The notes beneath the pieces are model-generated. The model did not search any database. It was not told the DNA's origin and worked only from the letters and a program-made list of their open reading frames with translations. From Perna viridis (Eukaryota): DNA of 64,000 bases. The translations under genes were made by a program, and so were the position numbers. Shown here one piece after another: positions 1 through 11,339 of the stretch (positions are counted from its first letter, which is position 1; every line of letters starts with the position of its first letter). The stretch covers positions 876,525 through 940,524 of the forward strand of contig CM074523.1 in the NCBI GenBank assembly GCA_037379345.1, given 5' to 3'.

Positions 1-1199
1 GTAGGGGTTGTTCAAGTACTAAGTCATATAAATATGTACAACGTGGAAAAAACAAATCCAGAAATCCATGTCAGAAGTGATGTCTCGTACAAACATACGT
101 AAAATTGTGTACATGAATCATGTGTAGCTGTCTGTCTTCGTATCGGGATCGGAAGTTCATATTTTCCTGTTTTTTAAGGTCAAAAAGGTACTTCGACTTC
201 AAACGTCATGGTCTCCTCAAAGCAGTACACTAGCCCAGGACAAAGTTTCCTTTATGTTTTAAGTGCTTTTTATCTTTTAATTATTTTATACTCCATGTCG
301 TCTTAATGTTGTATAGTACTTACGTAATAGAAAGTGGAAGATTTTACGAAAATTGTCCTCTAATAATCATATATATACAAGTACATGTACAATGTAGCTG
401 TGAGTACTGACGCATACTTGATTGAAGATACATGTAATACTCAAAATATGTTGTGATACATGTATATGTAAATATAAACATGTCCCAAAAAGTAGCATTA
501 TTTCTAATTTTCTATTTGTTTTCAGATATCTCGCTAGATTTTCATTTAATAATTGGAATTTTCACACTAAAACTAAAACTTAAAATGGAATTTCAAATTC
601 GGATATTGATCATTTTTTTAGGTTTTAACTAATTGATCAAGGACATCAAGTTTTGTTTCCTTTATAACTGAAGGAACGATAATGAGATTAATTGCAGTCA
701 GAATTTCTGTACATGAACATTTTAATTATATGTTAAGAACAAATGTTGCGTTCGATCGACAATCATCCAAGGCTGATGATAGGTAAGAAGTACTTTCAAT
801 CGAACGCAACATAGAAATGCTTTTAAAACTAATGATTAAATCAGTCTACTAAGCCGATTGTGATGAAACATCTTGTAAAAATAGATAATGACCTTGCTTT
901 TATTTGATTTGGAATCTTTACCAGCCATGAACAGACTACAAATGTTGAAATATCAAGCAGGCAATACTCCTGGTGTACATGTAGCGGTACAGGTTTGTTT
1001 GTGTCTCCAATAGAAAACGCAAACCTGTATTAAACACAATTTTTTTTTTAACTACAATTTTTTTTTACAGATTTCAAAGGAGAAACAGATTTTTCTCCGA
1101 TGCTCACGGGGATTAAAAGATTTCTCCATTCACCCTTGATAGTTAATTTTAGATATAATCCACTCGCTGAAGCTCGTGGGTTGAAATTAAAAATTAATT

Positions 1200-1800
1200 T
1201 GACTGCTTCGAGTAGAAAAATAAAACTCATGACCAAACTATTCGACAAACGCAATGATTTCTCGTTCTGTGTTGTCAACTTTCCTTTCATCTGTGGTTTC
1301 GTCCCTTCAACACATGCGTATAGAGTTTTCATATTACAATCCATACATTTACATATATACGTTATGCAAGAGCTTACCGAGACTATATAAACATTTTGTA
1401 CCGTCCTAGACTTCTAACTATTAGGCTCCGGAAATAGGGTTATAGGTTGCTTCAAGACTGAAGTCAAAGTACAAAAGAATAATGGTCGCCATCGCGAGCT
1501 CGAGGATAGCTATTATGTATCCATCTGAACAAAAAAAAACAGATTTGTTTACTGTGTCATAGTTTTCCTTTTCTTTTTCGTCTACACTTGACGTGACATG
1601 TTATGGACAACTCGGTGGGTGTTTCTTGAAAAGGAGGACGCTTGCCTGGTTCACCTGGTGCATTGTACATGCACCTATTTTAGACCAGTCTGGGTTGTTT
1701 ATATATTTATATTTATATTTCTTTGTACAATTGTACGATTTATTTTGGTTATTTCGTGCGTTTGTTTTTCCTGTCTACATGATCTTTATACTTAGAATAT
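1200..1800 (+). mobile_element. Decayed Penelope-like retroelement (RT C-terminal region and 3' UTR)
   Basis: Translates to LMTKLFDKRNDFSFCVVNFPFICGFVPSTHAY.VF, then frameshifted RYARA and GRHREL. The non-coding tail (CAACTCGGTGGGTGTTTCTTGAAAA..GAGGACGC) is homologous to the copy at 6840-7612. Boundaries are approximate. Confidence 0.75.
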
Positions 1801-2394
1801 ATTCTTTTGTTTTAACATGAATCCCGAATACCTTAATTTCCCGTCGTATCATACAAATTCTACCCAAACCCCTACCTAAATTAAATACGTCATGAGTGTG
1901 TTTATCTACTAACGTACTACATGTATGACATGTATTCCACAGTTGAGAAAAAAGAGAATTTATTGAATTTAATTATATGTATGACATAAATGCTGTTCGC
2001 AAATGTAAGGGAACCAGAAGGAAACAACAGCGGATTGTGTATTCTAAGTTTTAGGACATGTACATGTATTAATAATTAAATGTTAATGAATTTTGCCTGC
2101 ATGGACTGAAATCGGATATTATATTAAATGGACCGATGACATTTAGAACGTAAGGATAACCCAATACTCAACACTGACATGTAGAGTTCTTTCCTTACCC
2201 TGTATCAGGGATTGGTGATGTACATTGTACATGTACTTTAATCTGGATCTTGATGTCTCTCAATCTACATTGACATTTTTGTAGCTGATATTTGATGACT
2301 TGATTGCGTATAGCATTTACATGTATTAAAATCAAATGTGAAATTAAAGTAAAGGCAAGGCAAGCCCTGATGTCATTAATAAGGAAAACAACAA

Positions 2395-2642
2395 TACATG
2401 TATATCCTTTCTAGAGAGTCAGTAATAGTACATGTATAACCTGCCTAGAGTGTCAGTAACTATTCATGAATAACCTGCCTAGAGCATCAGTAACTGTACA
2501 TGTATAACCTGCCTAGAGAGCCAGTAACTGTACATGTATAACCTGCCTAGACAGTCAGTAACTGCACATGTATAACCTGCCTAGACAGTCAGTAACAATA
2601 CATATATACATGTACAACCTGCTTAGAGAGTCAGTAACTATA
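2395..2642. repeat. Minisatellite, 34-bp unit, about 7 copies
   Basis: Unit TACATGTATAACCTGCCTAGA(G/C)AGTCAGTAACTG. Confidence 0.92.
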
Positions 2643-3054
2643 TAAAGTATAATTTTATACTTAAAGATGATTAATGCCGAATCCGCTATCAATAACAGAC
2701 TTTTGACAAATGATACGTATATCTTTCATGTTTTCTACGTCAATGGGATTTGTTTTACACTCTTATATTTGGCTCCTCTATTTATTTTGCTGTTATATTT
2801 ACACTAACTGCTATCGTATATATGATGTGGGACGTATATCTATCCTACAGAATAGACTTATACAGATCTAAAAAACGATACGAGTAATTATATTCTCTCA
2901 GCTACATGGAAAAGCTTTTAACAAAACAGAGGAGAAACAAATTCAATTATAACCAATTTGATTCATTACAACACAGACGAGATGTTTCAAGGAAACAATG
3001 CGTGCATATAATCGTATTTAAGGCACGACCTTGACCCTTTAAAGTGAATTCTGC

Positions 3055-3300
3055 TTATTTTTATATTTTTTAACAAAATAAATTTATTTCTTTGAATGTG
3101 CTTTTTATCTTTTATTTTTGATTTTTTTTCTGTTTAATTTGTTACGTTTTTTTTTTTGTTTTTTTTTTATCTTGTTTTTGCTTTTTTGTTTATTGTTGTG
3201 TTATTTTTGTTCTTTTTCTTTTGTTTTTGTTTGCTTGTTTTTGTTTTTTGTTTGTTTGTTTTTGTTTTTTTTCTTTGCGTGTGGTGTTTTTTCTCGTCTG
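3055..3300. repeat. T-rich low-complexity tract (A-rich counterparts at 20091-20190 and 21607-21673)
   Basis: Degenerate (GTTTT)n / (AAAAC)n runs. Confidence 0.85.
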
Positions 3301-4032
3301 CTTATTTTCCTTGGATTGTATGCTTTTGATTGGCGTTCAAATACTGGTTTCCTTTACTTCTCTTCATATCATAGTACAGAATCATATTTTACTCTGAAAA
3401 GAGAAAAAACAATCGCTAACACAACTTAGCACCACATGTACAAACGTATATAATCTGTCAGAATGTCATTCTACAGAATCCCTTGCCTAGCAGTTTCGGT
3501 CGGAGGGGAAATAAATTCTCAACATCTTACATCTTTTGCGGCAACCTGAACATGGTGGTTTTGGTTGCTCCACCAAACTAAAGTGTTTTAACATGTAGTA
3601 GACAAATGTCTTTGTACATATTTTCAATACAAGTGGCATGGTCTGTAATAACTATCTTTTTTCTGTTTAAAGTAGAACTAACAAAAATGTGTTTATATTT
3701 ATTTTTAATATTGCGAAATACAGATAAACATCCGGTCAGTACTGTACCTGATCAATAAGGTTGACCACAGAAAATTCTGACAGTCTGTTTATTCGAGTGT
3801 AATCAAGATACATTTATAGTAACTATTTATTTATTTACATCAAATGAACGTATTACTCCGTTAATAAAACTTCTATCCTTGAATATATATATTTTTTTGT
3901 GATAACACACACAATAATTTTTTAATTAAAAAAATGTAATTTCGTAAGGGAACCGAGATTTTGATCTGCCTTTGACCTTATGATAAGTTGTACATGTAGA
4001 TTATTTTTATGATCTAAATACATACTATAAAC

Positions 4033-4075
4033 ATGGTCGCGCATCTATCAAAATATGGTCGCGCATCTATCAAAA
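4033..4075. repeat. Direct duplication, 21 bp
   Basis: ATGGTCGCGCATCTATCAAAA occurs twice. Confidence 0.85.
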
Positions 4076-5116
4076 CGGAAACTAACAAAATGAAATAAGA
4101 CACATTGTTGTATTTCAAACATCATTCGTGTTAAAAGTTGGTCTGCTCATTGGTCATTAGATTCAGTACTGAAGTATGGAATCTACATTGTATCAGTAAG
4201 CATCTTATCACAAATTGAGAACGTGTCGATTGGTGAACCGACTCCGTTTCTAATGCATATTTAATACATGTTATCTGTAACGGTTTATGATGCTGTGTAT
4301 TACTTCTGGTTTGATTATTAGGGTAAAGATATGTTTTACGGGTGTAACAGAAAACATGTGATGGATACTGAGACTGGACCTGTGTAAACCTTTAGACGTA
4401 CAAAACCTTTAACTAACTTCACATTCATATAAGAAACTGCGCGGTGTAAATAACGACAACACATAATGAATTGGCATTCTACTAGCGTACATTTGTACAT
4501 GTACATGTTATGATACATAAATATCCATTTCCAATTCTACAACTCATCTCGCTTATCTCCCAACTATCATTACATTACGAATACAAGACCACACGACACT
4601 GTCACTTGACTGCAAGCGCGGTCCTGGTCCGACTTATCCAAGGGCCGAGTTGTCTTGTTCCAGTACACATGAGTTACATACTCTGTAATCATGAACAATT
4701 TTGATTCCATAAAAGCATTCCATATTTCAAGTACTGTTTTCATCATTCTTTTGTAGGACTTTTATCGTGATCCTACTAGATAAAGACTAAACGGTTTTCT
4801 ATTTAATGATTAAGGGCGGCAGAAAGATCTATTGAACATCAGATACTAGTGGCCTTTATATCAAAATGAAACACAGCTGCTGGCAGTTGTAAAGGAGAAT
4901 TTCTGGCTCAACAACAGATCCAGATAGAATTATACCAAGGCCATCTCATGAATAGGAATATGTATTGAAAAATGATAAGTACAGGAGTCCTGTGGAGAAG
5001 TGGTGTAGCTTTGGGCTTGATTTGAAAGAAATTGAAAAGTTATATAGAGGACTCGGCGGCCATTGTTGGCCTTTTATGTGGTAACAACAAAGTAGTGACA
5101 TCATAGTCATATGCCA

Positions 5117-5290
5117 GTTGCGGATCTAGAGGGAGGGCAAAGGGCAACACACACACCCCTTTTTTATTGACAAAATTGTTATTTTCATGAGTAAAATTGA
5201 CTAAAATTGGCAAATAATATCTTAGCAACCCATTTTTTTTCTGAGGAACCCCGTCTGGGACCCCTCCTTTTCAAAGTGTCTGCCCCATTG
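5117..5290. mobile_element. Degenerate short non-autonomous DNA element of the GGCGGATC..GATCCGCC TIR type (relatives at about 14150-14266, 16079, 23405, 48240-48380, 63679-63800)
   Basis: Recurring GCGGATC/CTGGATCCGCC termini with G- and C-runs just inside. All copies are decayed. Confidence 0.4.
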
Positions 5291-5741
5291 AATGCTTAAC
5301 TGTAGAAGGTTAAGGGGTAGATTTTGAAGTATTCAGAATAGGTTGAATTTATTATATAACATTTTGCATTAAAGTTTGAGAAATAAAATATAAAGAGTAT
5401 GTACATTTACGCTTTTGGCTATTGGCGAATTATATCCAGTGCTATGGTGTTTTAGTTACCGAACACTGAATATCATATACAAATACTAATACGCCAAACA
5501 GTAGTGTATTTTTAGTGCTGAGAATAACAAGAGATAAAATACCCAAAAAGTGAAACGAACAAAAAAAATATTTAACTTGAAACAACCCAGGAAAGGGTAA
5601 CGAGGTAGATCTTTTACCACCTGGCTAAGAACTGTCAAAACTAAAAAAAAATAACAAAAGGGGGTAAAGTAACATTTTCGGCCATACCTCTTATGAGACG
5701 CACGGACGGGCAATCAAAACATTATAAGAACTTATATACAC

Positions 5742-5802
5742 GTACGATCAAAGGGAGACCATTCACATGGACAGTACGATCAAAGGGAGACCATTCACAT
5801 GG
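5742..5802. repeat. Direct duplication, 29 bp (period 32)
   Basis: GTACGATCAAAGGGAGACCATTCACATGG occurs twice. Confidence 0.85.
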
Positions 5803-6779
5803 CAAGGACAGAGACCAACAGAAAAAGCTCGTTGGTGCCTTACATATGCACAATACATGTATGTCCTGGCCGGATAAATTAATGGAAGTGCAGTATATAA
5901 TATAACTATACATGTACATGGGTTAACAAGACCATATACTGATCTATTATGGATAAAGTTCTAAACATATATGTATTCAATTCAATTATTTATTGGGCTC
6001 GTGCATCCTCCCCCTACCCCCATGCCGTCCTTCCCAGAGACGAAACATCGTCTACTACAACAGTCGTCAATAGTAAACCCAAATTGTGTGCAATATTTTT
6101 TTAAATCTATAATGAGTAATTATCGGATTAAATTGTACCAATTACGCGACAGAATCAGATGTAAAACGTCAACAAGATGAAAATGAATGCCGAGTTCGTT
6201 AACCATAATACAGAATTGATTGACAGGGAGGATCATATAGTACATGTATAAAAAAAAATATCTACTTAAATACATGATAAAAAGACATATACATAAATAC
6301 ATGTAAATATTTATTCAATACCTTAATATGAAAGAAACATTCAATATGCCTCGAGCCTCCATATCGTGCCTTGGCACAATTTGTACTTCAGTGACATTGG
6401 ATTTTTATTAAATTATAGTCTCCTGAGTTTGAGGCAAATGTAGGGGTTAAGTCATTGCGTTCCAGTTGTTACCAGGACGTAGACCTCGTTAAATGTCATC
6501 ATTTCAAATTTTAGTGACTTGTACTTTGTGTTTTGCATAAAGTAACAGTATTTTGTAGGAATCATGCTTGTATACTGCCAACCATGCCTCATATGAGGTC
6601 CTTAAATTTCATCATTTTCTTCTTAGTTCTTCTTCTGTACATGTACTTAAACCATTACAAACAACGCCGTGAATACTTCTGCTGTTGAACATACGACAAA
6701 ATCTTACTAAGGATGAATATAGTGTAACAGAAAATGCTTTTGAAATATATAGATATGCAGTTATCATGACTGCGTCAAT

Positions 6780-9556
6780 CCATCATGTACTAAATCAATT
6801 TATATCGATCGTTTGCATTCTTAAGCCTCAAAAAATTGCAAAGAGTAATCAAGTAACCAAGGTTATAGCGGTAATCAAAAGAATGTAATCCAGGGACAAA
6901 GACCAGACATGGAAGACAGACACACACAACAAAGAACATAAAGTAACTAAAATCATACATACAAAGTAACAAAATCAAATGAGCAAGTCGGACTCCACTA
7001 AAAACTGGGAGCATGGACCGGGTGCACCGGTAGGGTATGCGTCCTCTGCTTTTCTAGAAACACCCGCCGAGTTGCTCATAAAAAAGTCAAGTCCGGGGTA
7101 GACATACGAGAAAAGGAAACACTGACCCGTTGAATAAATCAGTTTTCATGGTGCAGATTGATACACAATAACGATCCACGAGTTCATGATGACGACCATA
7201 AAACTTCTGTAGTGATGACTTCAATCTTGTAGCAACATAACCCTGCCTGTTCCAGAAGCCTATTTGTTAGAGTTCTAGCGCTATACAAAAAGTCTGTGTA
7301 GTTTCGGCAAGCTCTGGCATAACGTTTGAGTTGTGATATGAACACTCCATACGCAGTTGCCGAAGGGATGTTGAAACAGATGAAAGGAAAGTTGACAATT
7401 TTGAATGAAATCTCATTACGTTTGTCGTAAAGTTTGGTCAATAGTTTTCCTTTACCATTTTTTAAAGATAATACGTCATCTATATAGCGAAAACTGAGAT
7501 TACAGGATCTAGCTAAACGATATTCTTTCTTTCGGATCAGATCAGCAAGTCAGCCTCATAAGAGTGAAGGAATAGGTCAGCAAGTAAAGGAGCACAATTT
7601 GTTCCCATTATAAGGACAGGTCGGATATCGAATTTAAACGTATCTCAACACAAGCTTATTGTTGTAAATGGTTAATAATATTTTGAACTCTTTGATTTAT
7701 TTTCAAATTAACCATTCTGCCTAGAAGGGCATTATAAAAACACTGAAATTCATGATGCATCGTAGCAGTGTGTAAGTATGCGTAAAGTTCAGGTTTGATA
7801 TCGGTTTACATGGAACACTATGATGGATAATTAACTCTCCGACATAATTGAGCAACAAGTTGTAATAGCTCCAATACTTTCTATGTTAAATGCAGCTATT
7901 TATAAGGCTCATAACAAAGTTTACATGAGTACACATGGTGCTGGAGGGGTTTCATAATGATGGACACCCTTTACATTAACTCGAACAAAAAATATCAACA
8001 TACCTTATGAGCCTTCTAAGAAAGAATCGTAAAATGAAAGTATCCAGGTACAGAAATTACTACTTTCGTTTAAAATTTAGCCATATCAAGGGCGTATATT
8101 TTTGTTCAGAATTATGCAAGCCTACACTTAGAAAAGAAACTGGAGTTTTAAAACTACTGCTAATTCAATCAACTTTTAGATGATACATCTACATCACATA
8201 GTGCAATATTAGGACTACTTCGTGTCATTTCGAACTACTTTCTTATATGTGCAGTCGACTGGTTCCCGAAATAGTGGTATTACAGCACTAACTTCTAGTT
8301 GACCTTTCCCAATCTATAAATTTTAAGTAGATATTCAATTTATCGACCTCCTGGTCGAAACTGTCTGTCAAAACATTCATTGAAATAAATACGTCCTAAG
8401 ATGCATGTTCCTCCTAACTAGCTACATTTCTCAGTTGCTACGCTTTATAGCTCAAGAGCTGCAACTTTTTGCATAGACGCCTATGGGTCATGTAAAAACG
8501 CTTTGGTTTCTGGGAACTTATCTCAGAGACACATACATTAATATAAACATCAACGTCTTTGAATATAATTTCAACAATTATGTCTAGTGCAGAAATCGCC
8601 AGCCATACACTTGTAAGGCCCTGGAGCACGTACATCTCTATTATCTTACATGTAACACATGGATAAAAATAGCCGAATGGAATGATTATTACAAAACGCA
8701 ATATCACTAAACCACAGATTGACACCAATTCCGAGAAATGCATTTCCAAAATTTCTATGTCATCGTCTAAGCAAAGTTTCATTTTTATTTGTCATCTCCG
8801 GGTTTCCGATATCACAAGGCAGTAACCGTAATAAATACACACGATACAGTAGTCCCTGCCTGGAACCTCTATATTTTTATACGTTTCTTGATTGGAACCA
8901 CTGCCCCACTTTTGTAAATATATAGATCCGCCAGGGCCTGCATGAAATATATGAAGACACTTTAAGACAGCGCTTCCCATTGGTACTCAGCATTCCTCTT
9001 CACATTTTATTTCTATGATCGATGGCTATTTACAATCTCGCAGGGTTTTCATTTCTAGTAAAATATCAAATGGTTTGTTAGGCGTCTACAGCTAAGAGTA
9101 AAGCATCTTGAATATATCGACAGCGAAGGATTGGTTTATTCGGCTAAACGCATAGAAATAAGCGTACTGATAAGGGGTAAGATGTCCACTACTTTTAATT
9201 GAATCGTTGTCAATACAAATGTACACATTAAACCAAATCATATTTAGTTTGTAATAAAATTGCTTATTGGGTTTTGTATATTGGCGTAAATTACATCGAA
9301 TTCAATATGATTTATAAGAAATACCTACCAAAGTGGACTTAACTATCTGCATTTCAGCCCTAATGGAGTATGCCATTGGGACTATTTTCCTGCTGTAGTG
9401 TTAGATAATTGCAGATGCTACATGTAACAAATCTCATGGCTCTGGCGATTGCTATATCAATTCTGATCTTAGATTTTAATCGATAAAAATGACTCATAGA
9501 AACTGCAAATGAGTCAGTCAACTTGGCACATAAAAGGAAGACAAATCCATAAAATC
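6780..9556 (+). repeat. Arm A of a diverged long inverted duplication (interrupted by the PLE at 6840-7612 and an extra block at about 7830-8270)
   Basis: Colinear reverse-complement homology to 17030-19015 in many blocks. Examples: 8790-8850 vs 17941-18000, 8850-8950 vs 17730-17836, 7625-7680 vs 18855-18905, 6781-6838 vs 18955-19013. Confidence 0.85.
6840..7612 (-). mobile_element. 5'-truncated, internally deleted Penelope-like retroelement (RT and 3' UTR)
   Basis: The minus strand reads MGTNCAPLLADLFLHSYEAD, then SFRYIDDVLSL (catalytic YIDD), then TKLYDKRNEISFKIVNFPFICFNIPSATAYGVFISQLKRYARACRNYTDFL, then GYVATRLKSSLQKFYGRHHELVDRY, with frameshifts. A T-rich 3' UTR follows. Confidence 0.88.
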
Positions 9557-10609
9557 TGTTTATTTTTATGGTTTACATATAAGACCATTTTTCTTGGTAT
9601 TTTCTCTTTGGTCCATCGTTAACAAATGTCAAAGGACCATTGATCCAAGAAATCTGGAATAAAAACTGATCCCTGGACAATGGTCATTACACTTTTCGTA
9701 CATAAATCATGGTGTAAACCAATGACCAGCCTTTAACACGGTTATTCTTAAATCCAGAGCAATAGAGTGATCTCTATAACTTACAAATGCACAACAATTG
9801 CAAATTACTTTTTTGTTCAAAATAAAAGGGCATTTTACCGGTATATTTTCTTTTTTTTCAACTTTTTTGTATAATTTTAAAGTACCATTTCTCTCATTCG
9901 TTTGAAATGCCTGTACAAAGTCAGGACCATTGTGGTACCAGCTGCTCTGGTGGCGTAACATCTATTTTGCCAGATCTACTTTGGACTTAACTTGATTATG
10001 AAACTTACAAATGTTCGGTATTTTTGCTGTTATCCTTATCTTCAACTACGTGAACAGACAGACGGACACAGTACCAAAACTTGTCAATGTACGAAATAAA
10101 ATGTAGATAAAATAAAAATACATTATACTTTTCTGTTTGCATGAAATTCATATATTAATGGTATTTATACATTGGTGGACCATATATTGTGTATTTCAGT
10201 GATTTAAATCTCGGTGAAAGATGAAAACTTTAAAAACATGTTTTCATTATGTATTGAAAACCAATATAAAGAAGTCGTTCCATATAAAAATGATACAAAT
10301 ACAGCTGTGATCGCCATAAAAACAGATTTAATTAAAGTTCAATTCATGTCCAAGGTTACTTTTAAAGGACGTGAAGTAGCTTCACTTGTCTGGGGAGTGT
10401 GCACTGATTTTCAGCTCGTTCTACACTAATGTTTAATGTAAAGACTAAGAGTAGAGAATAGTCAGACGAAGGGAAATCTTTGGACAAGACAATATCGGGA
10501 AAATCAAATAGCAAATATACGTGAACAAACAAGAAAATGCCTAAAAATACACACACGGAAACAACACTGAATATCAGGAATTACAGCAAAATATTCAAGT
10601 AGTGTGTGA

Positions 10610-10740
10610 AAGCTAGGGAACCAAGATTCTAGTGGAAATCAAAGTAATGTTGTCCAGCGATAAAGACTAGACATGGAAAGAAGACACATAAAACAAAGAA
10701 CATGAAATAACAGGTACAATAGAAACAAAAATAAATAAAA
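10610..10740 (-). mobile_element. 3' UTR fragment of the same Penelope-like family
   Basis: AACCAAG..TCCAGCGATAAAGACTAGACATGGAAAGAAGACACATAAAACAAAGAACAT aligns with 6855-6940. Confidence 0.6.
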
Positions 10741-10752
10741 CTACTACTTATA

Positions 10753-11180
10753 CCGTAAACAATCAAAGTTGTGTAACTCTCTCAATCGCATTTACGAAGT
10801 ATACAAAAATGGATGGAGCTGTTATGATGCTACATGATATCTTGTATATTATGTTGACAATAGGCTATACATGTATTTATATAGGTGCTAATTGTTTTTA
10901 TGGTATATTTTAAATATCTTATTAATAATTACATGTTTATATGTCATCAGCGAATACAAATAAGTTAAGATATTTAGAAAAGACTCTACATGTGTATATT
11001 GCAAACAAAATAATAGCAAGGTAAAATACCCAAACTTACAAACCATGAAAGGAAAATTAATGTGTCCTTCATCCGATTTGCACTGTCATTCAGGAGCTTA
11101 AAAATAGCATCATGACAGCTAAATTTTTGTATACTTCGTAAATGCGATTTGGAGAGTTACACAACTTTGATTGTTTACGG
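10753..11180. mobile_element. Tc1/mariner-type MITE, about 428 bp, about 58-bp TIRs, TA TSD
   Basis: The left end CCGTAAACAATCAAAGTTGTGTAACTCTC..ATCGCATTTACGAAGTATACAAAAAT is mirrored almost perfectly at 11123-11180. Flanked by TA at 10751-10752 and 11181-11182. Confidence 0.9.
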
Positions 11181-11213
11181 TAAAAGTCCAGTTGTGGAGA
11201 AGTAACGGAAATA

Positions 11214-11339
11214 TTGTTTGTTTGTTTGTTTGTTGGGGTTTAACGTCCGAGCAGCAATATTTCAGCTATATTCAGACAATGAACATGAAATGGATGATAA
11301 AGTGAACATGAAATGATAAAAAAAGGATGGGTCACAAGG
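11214..11339 (-). mobile_element. Heavily 5'-truncated SINE copy with 9-bp TSD
   Basis: The (AAAC)n tail and ATAGCTGAAATATTGCTGCTCGG.CGTTAAACCCCAA 3' end are shared with 22333-22460. TSD ACGGAAATA at 11205-11213 and 11340-11348. Confidence 0.8.

Noticed and set aside
773-800. CTGATGA as a hammerhead ribozyme core near the PLE
   Set aside because: No stem II or GAAA at the required spacing. I found no convincing hammerhead or SECIS by eye in any PLE fragment.
3118-3429. F/L-rich or K-rich ORFs (also 20031-20343 and 21505-21724)
   Set aside because: Artefacts of T-rich or A-rich low-complexity tracts.
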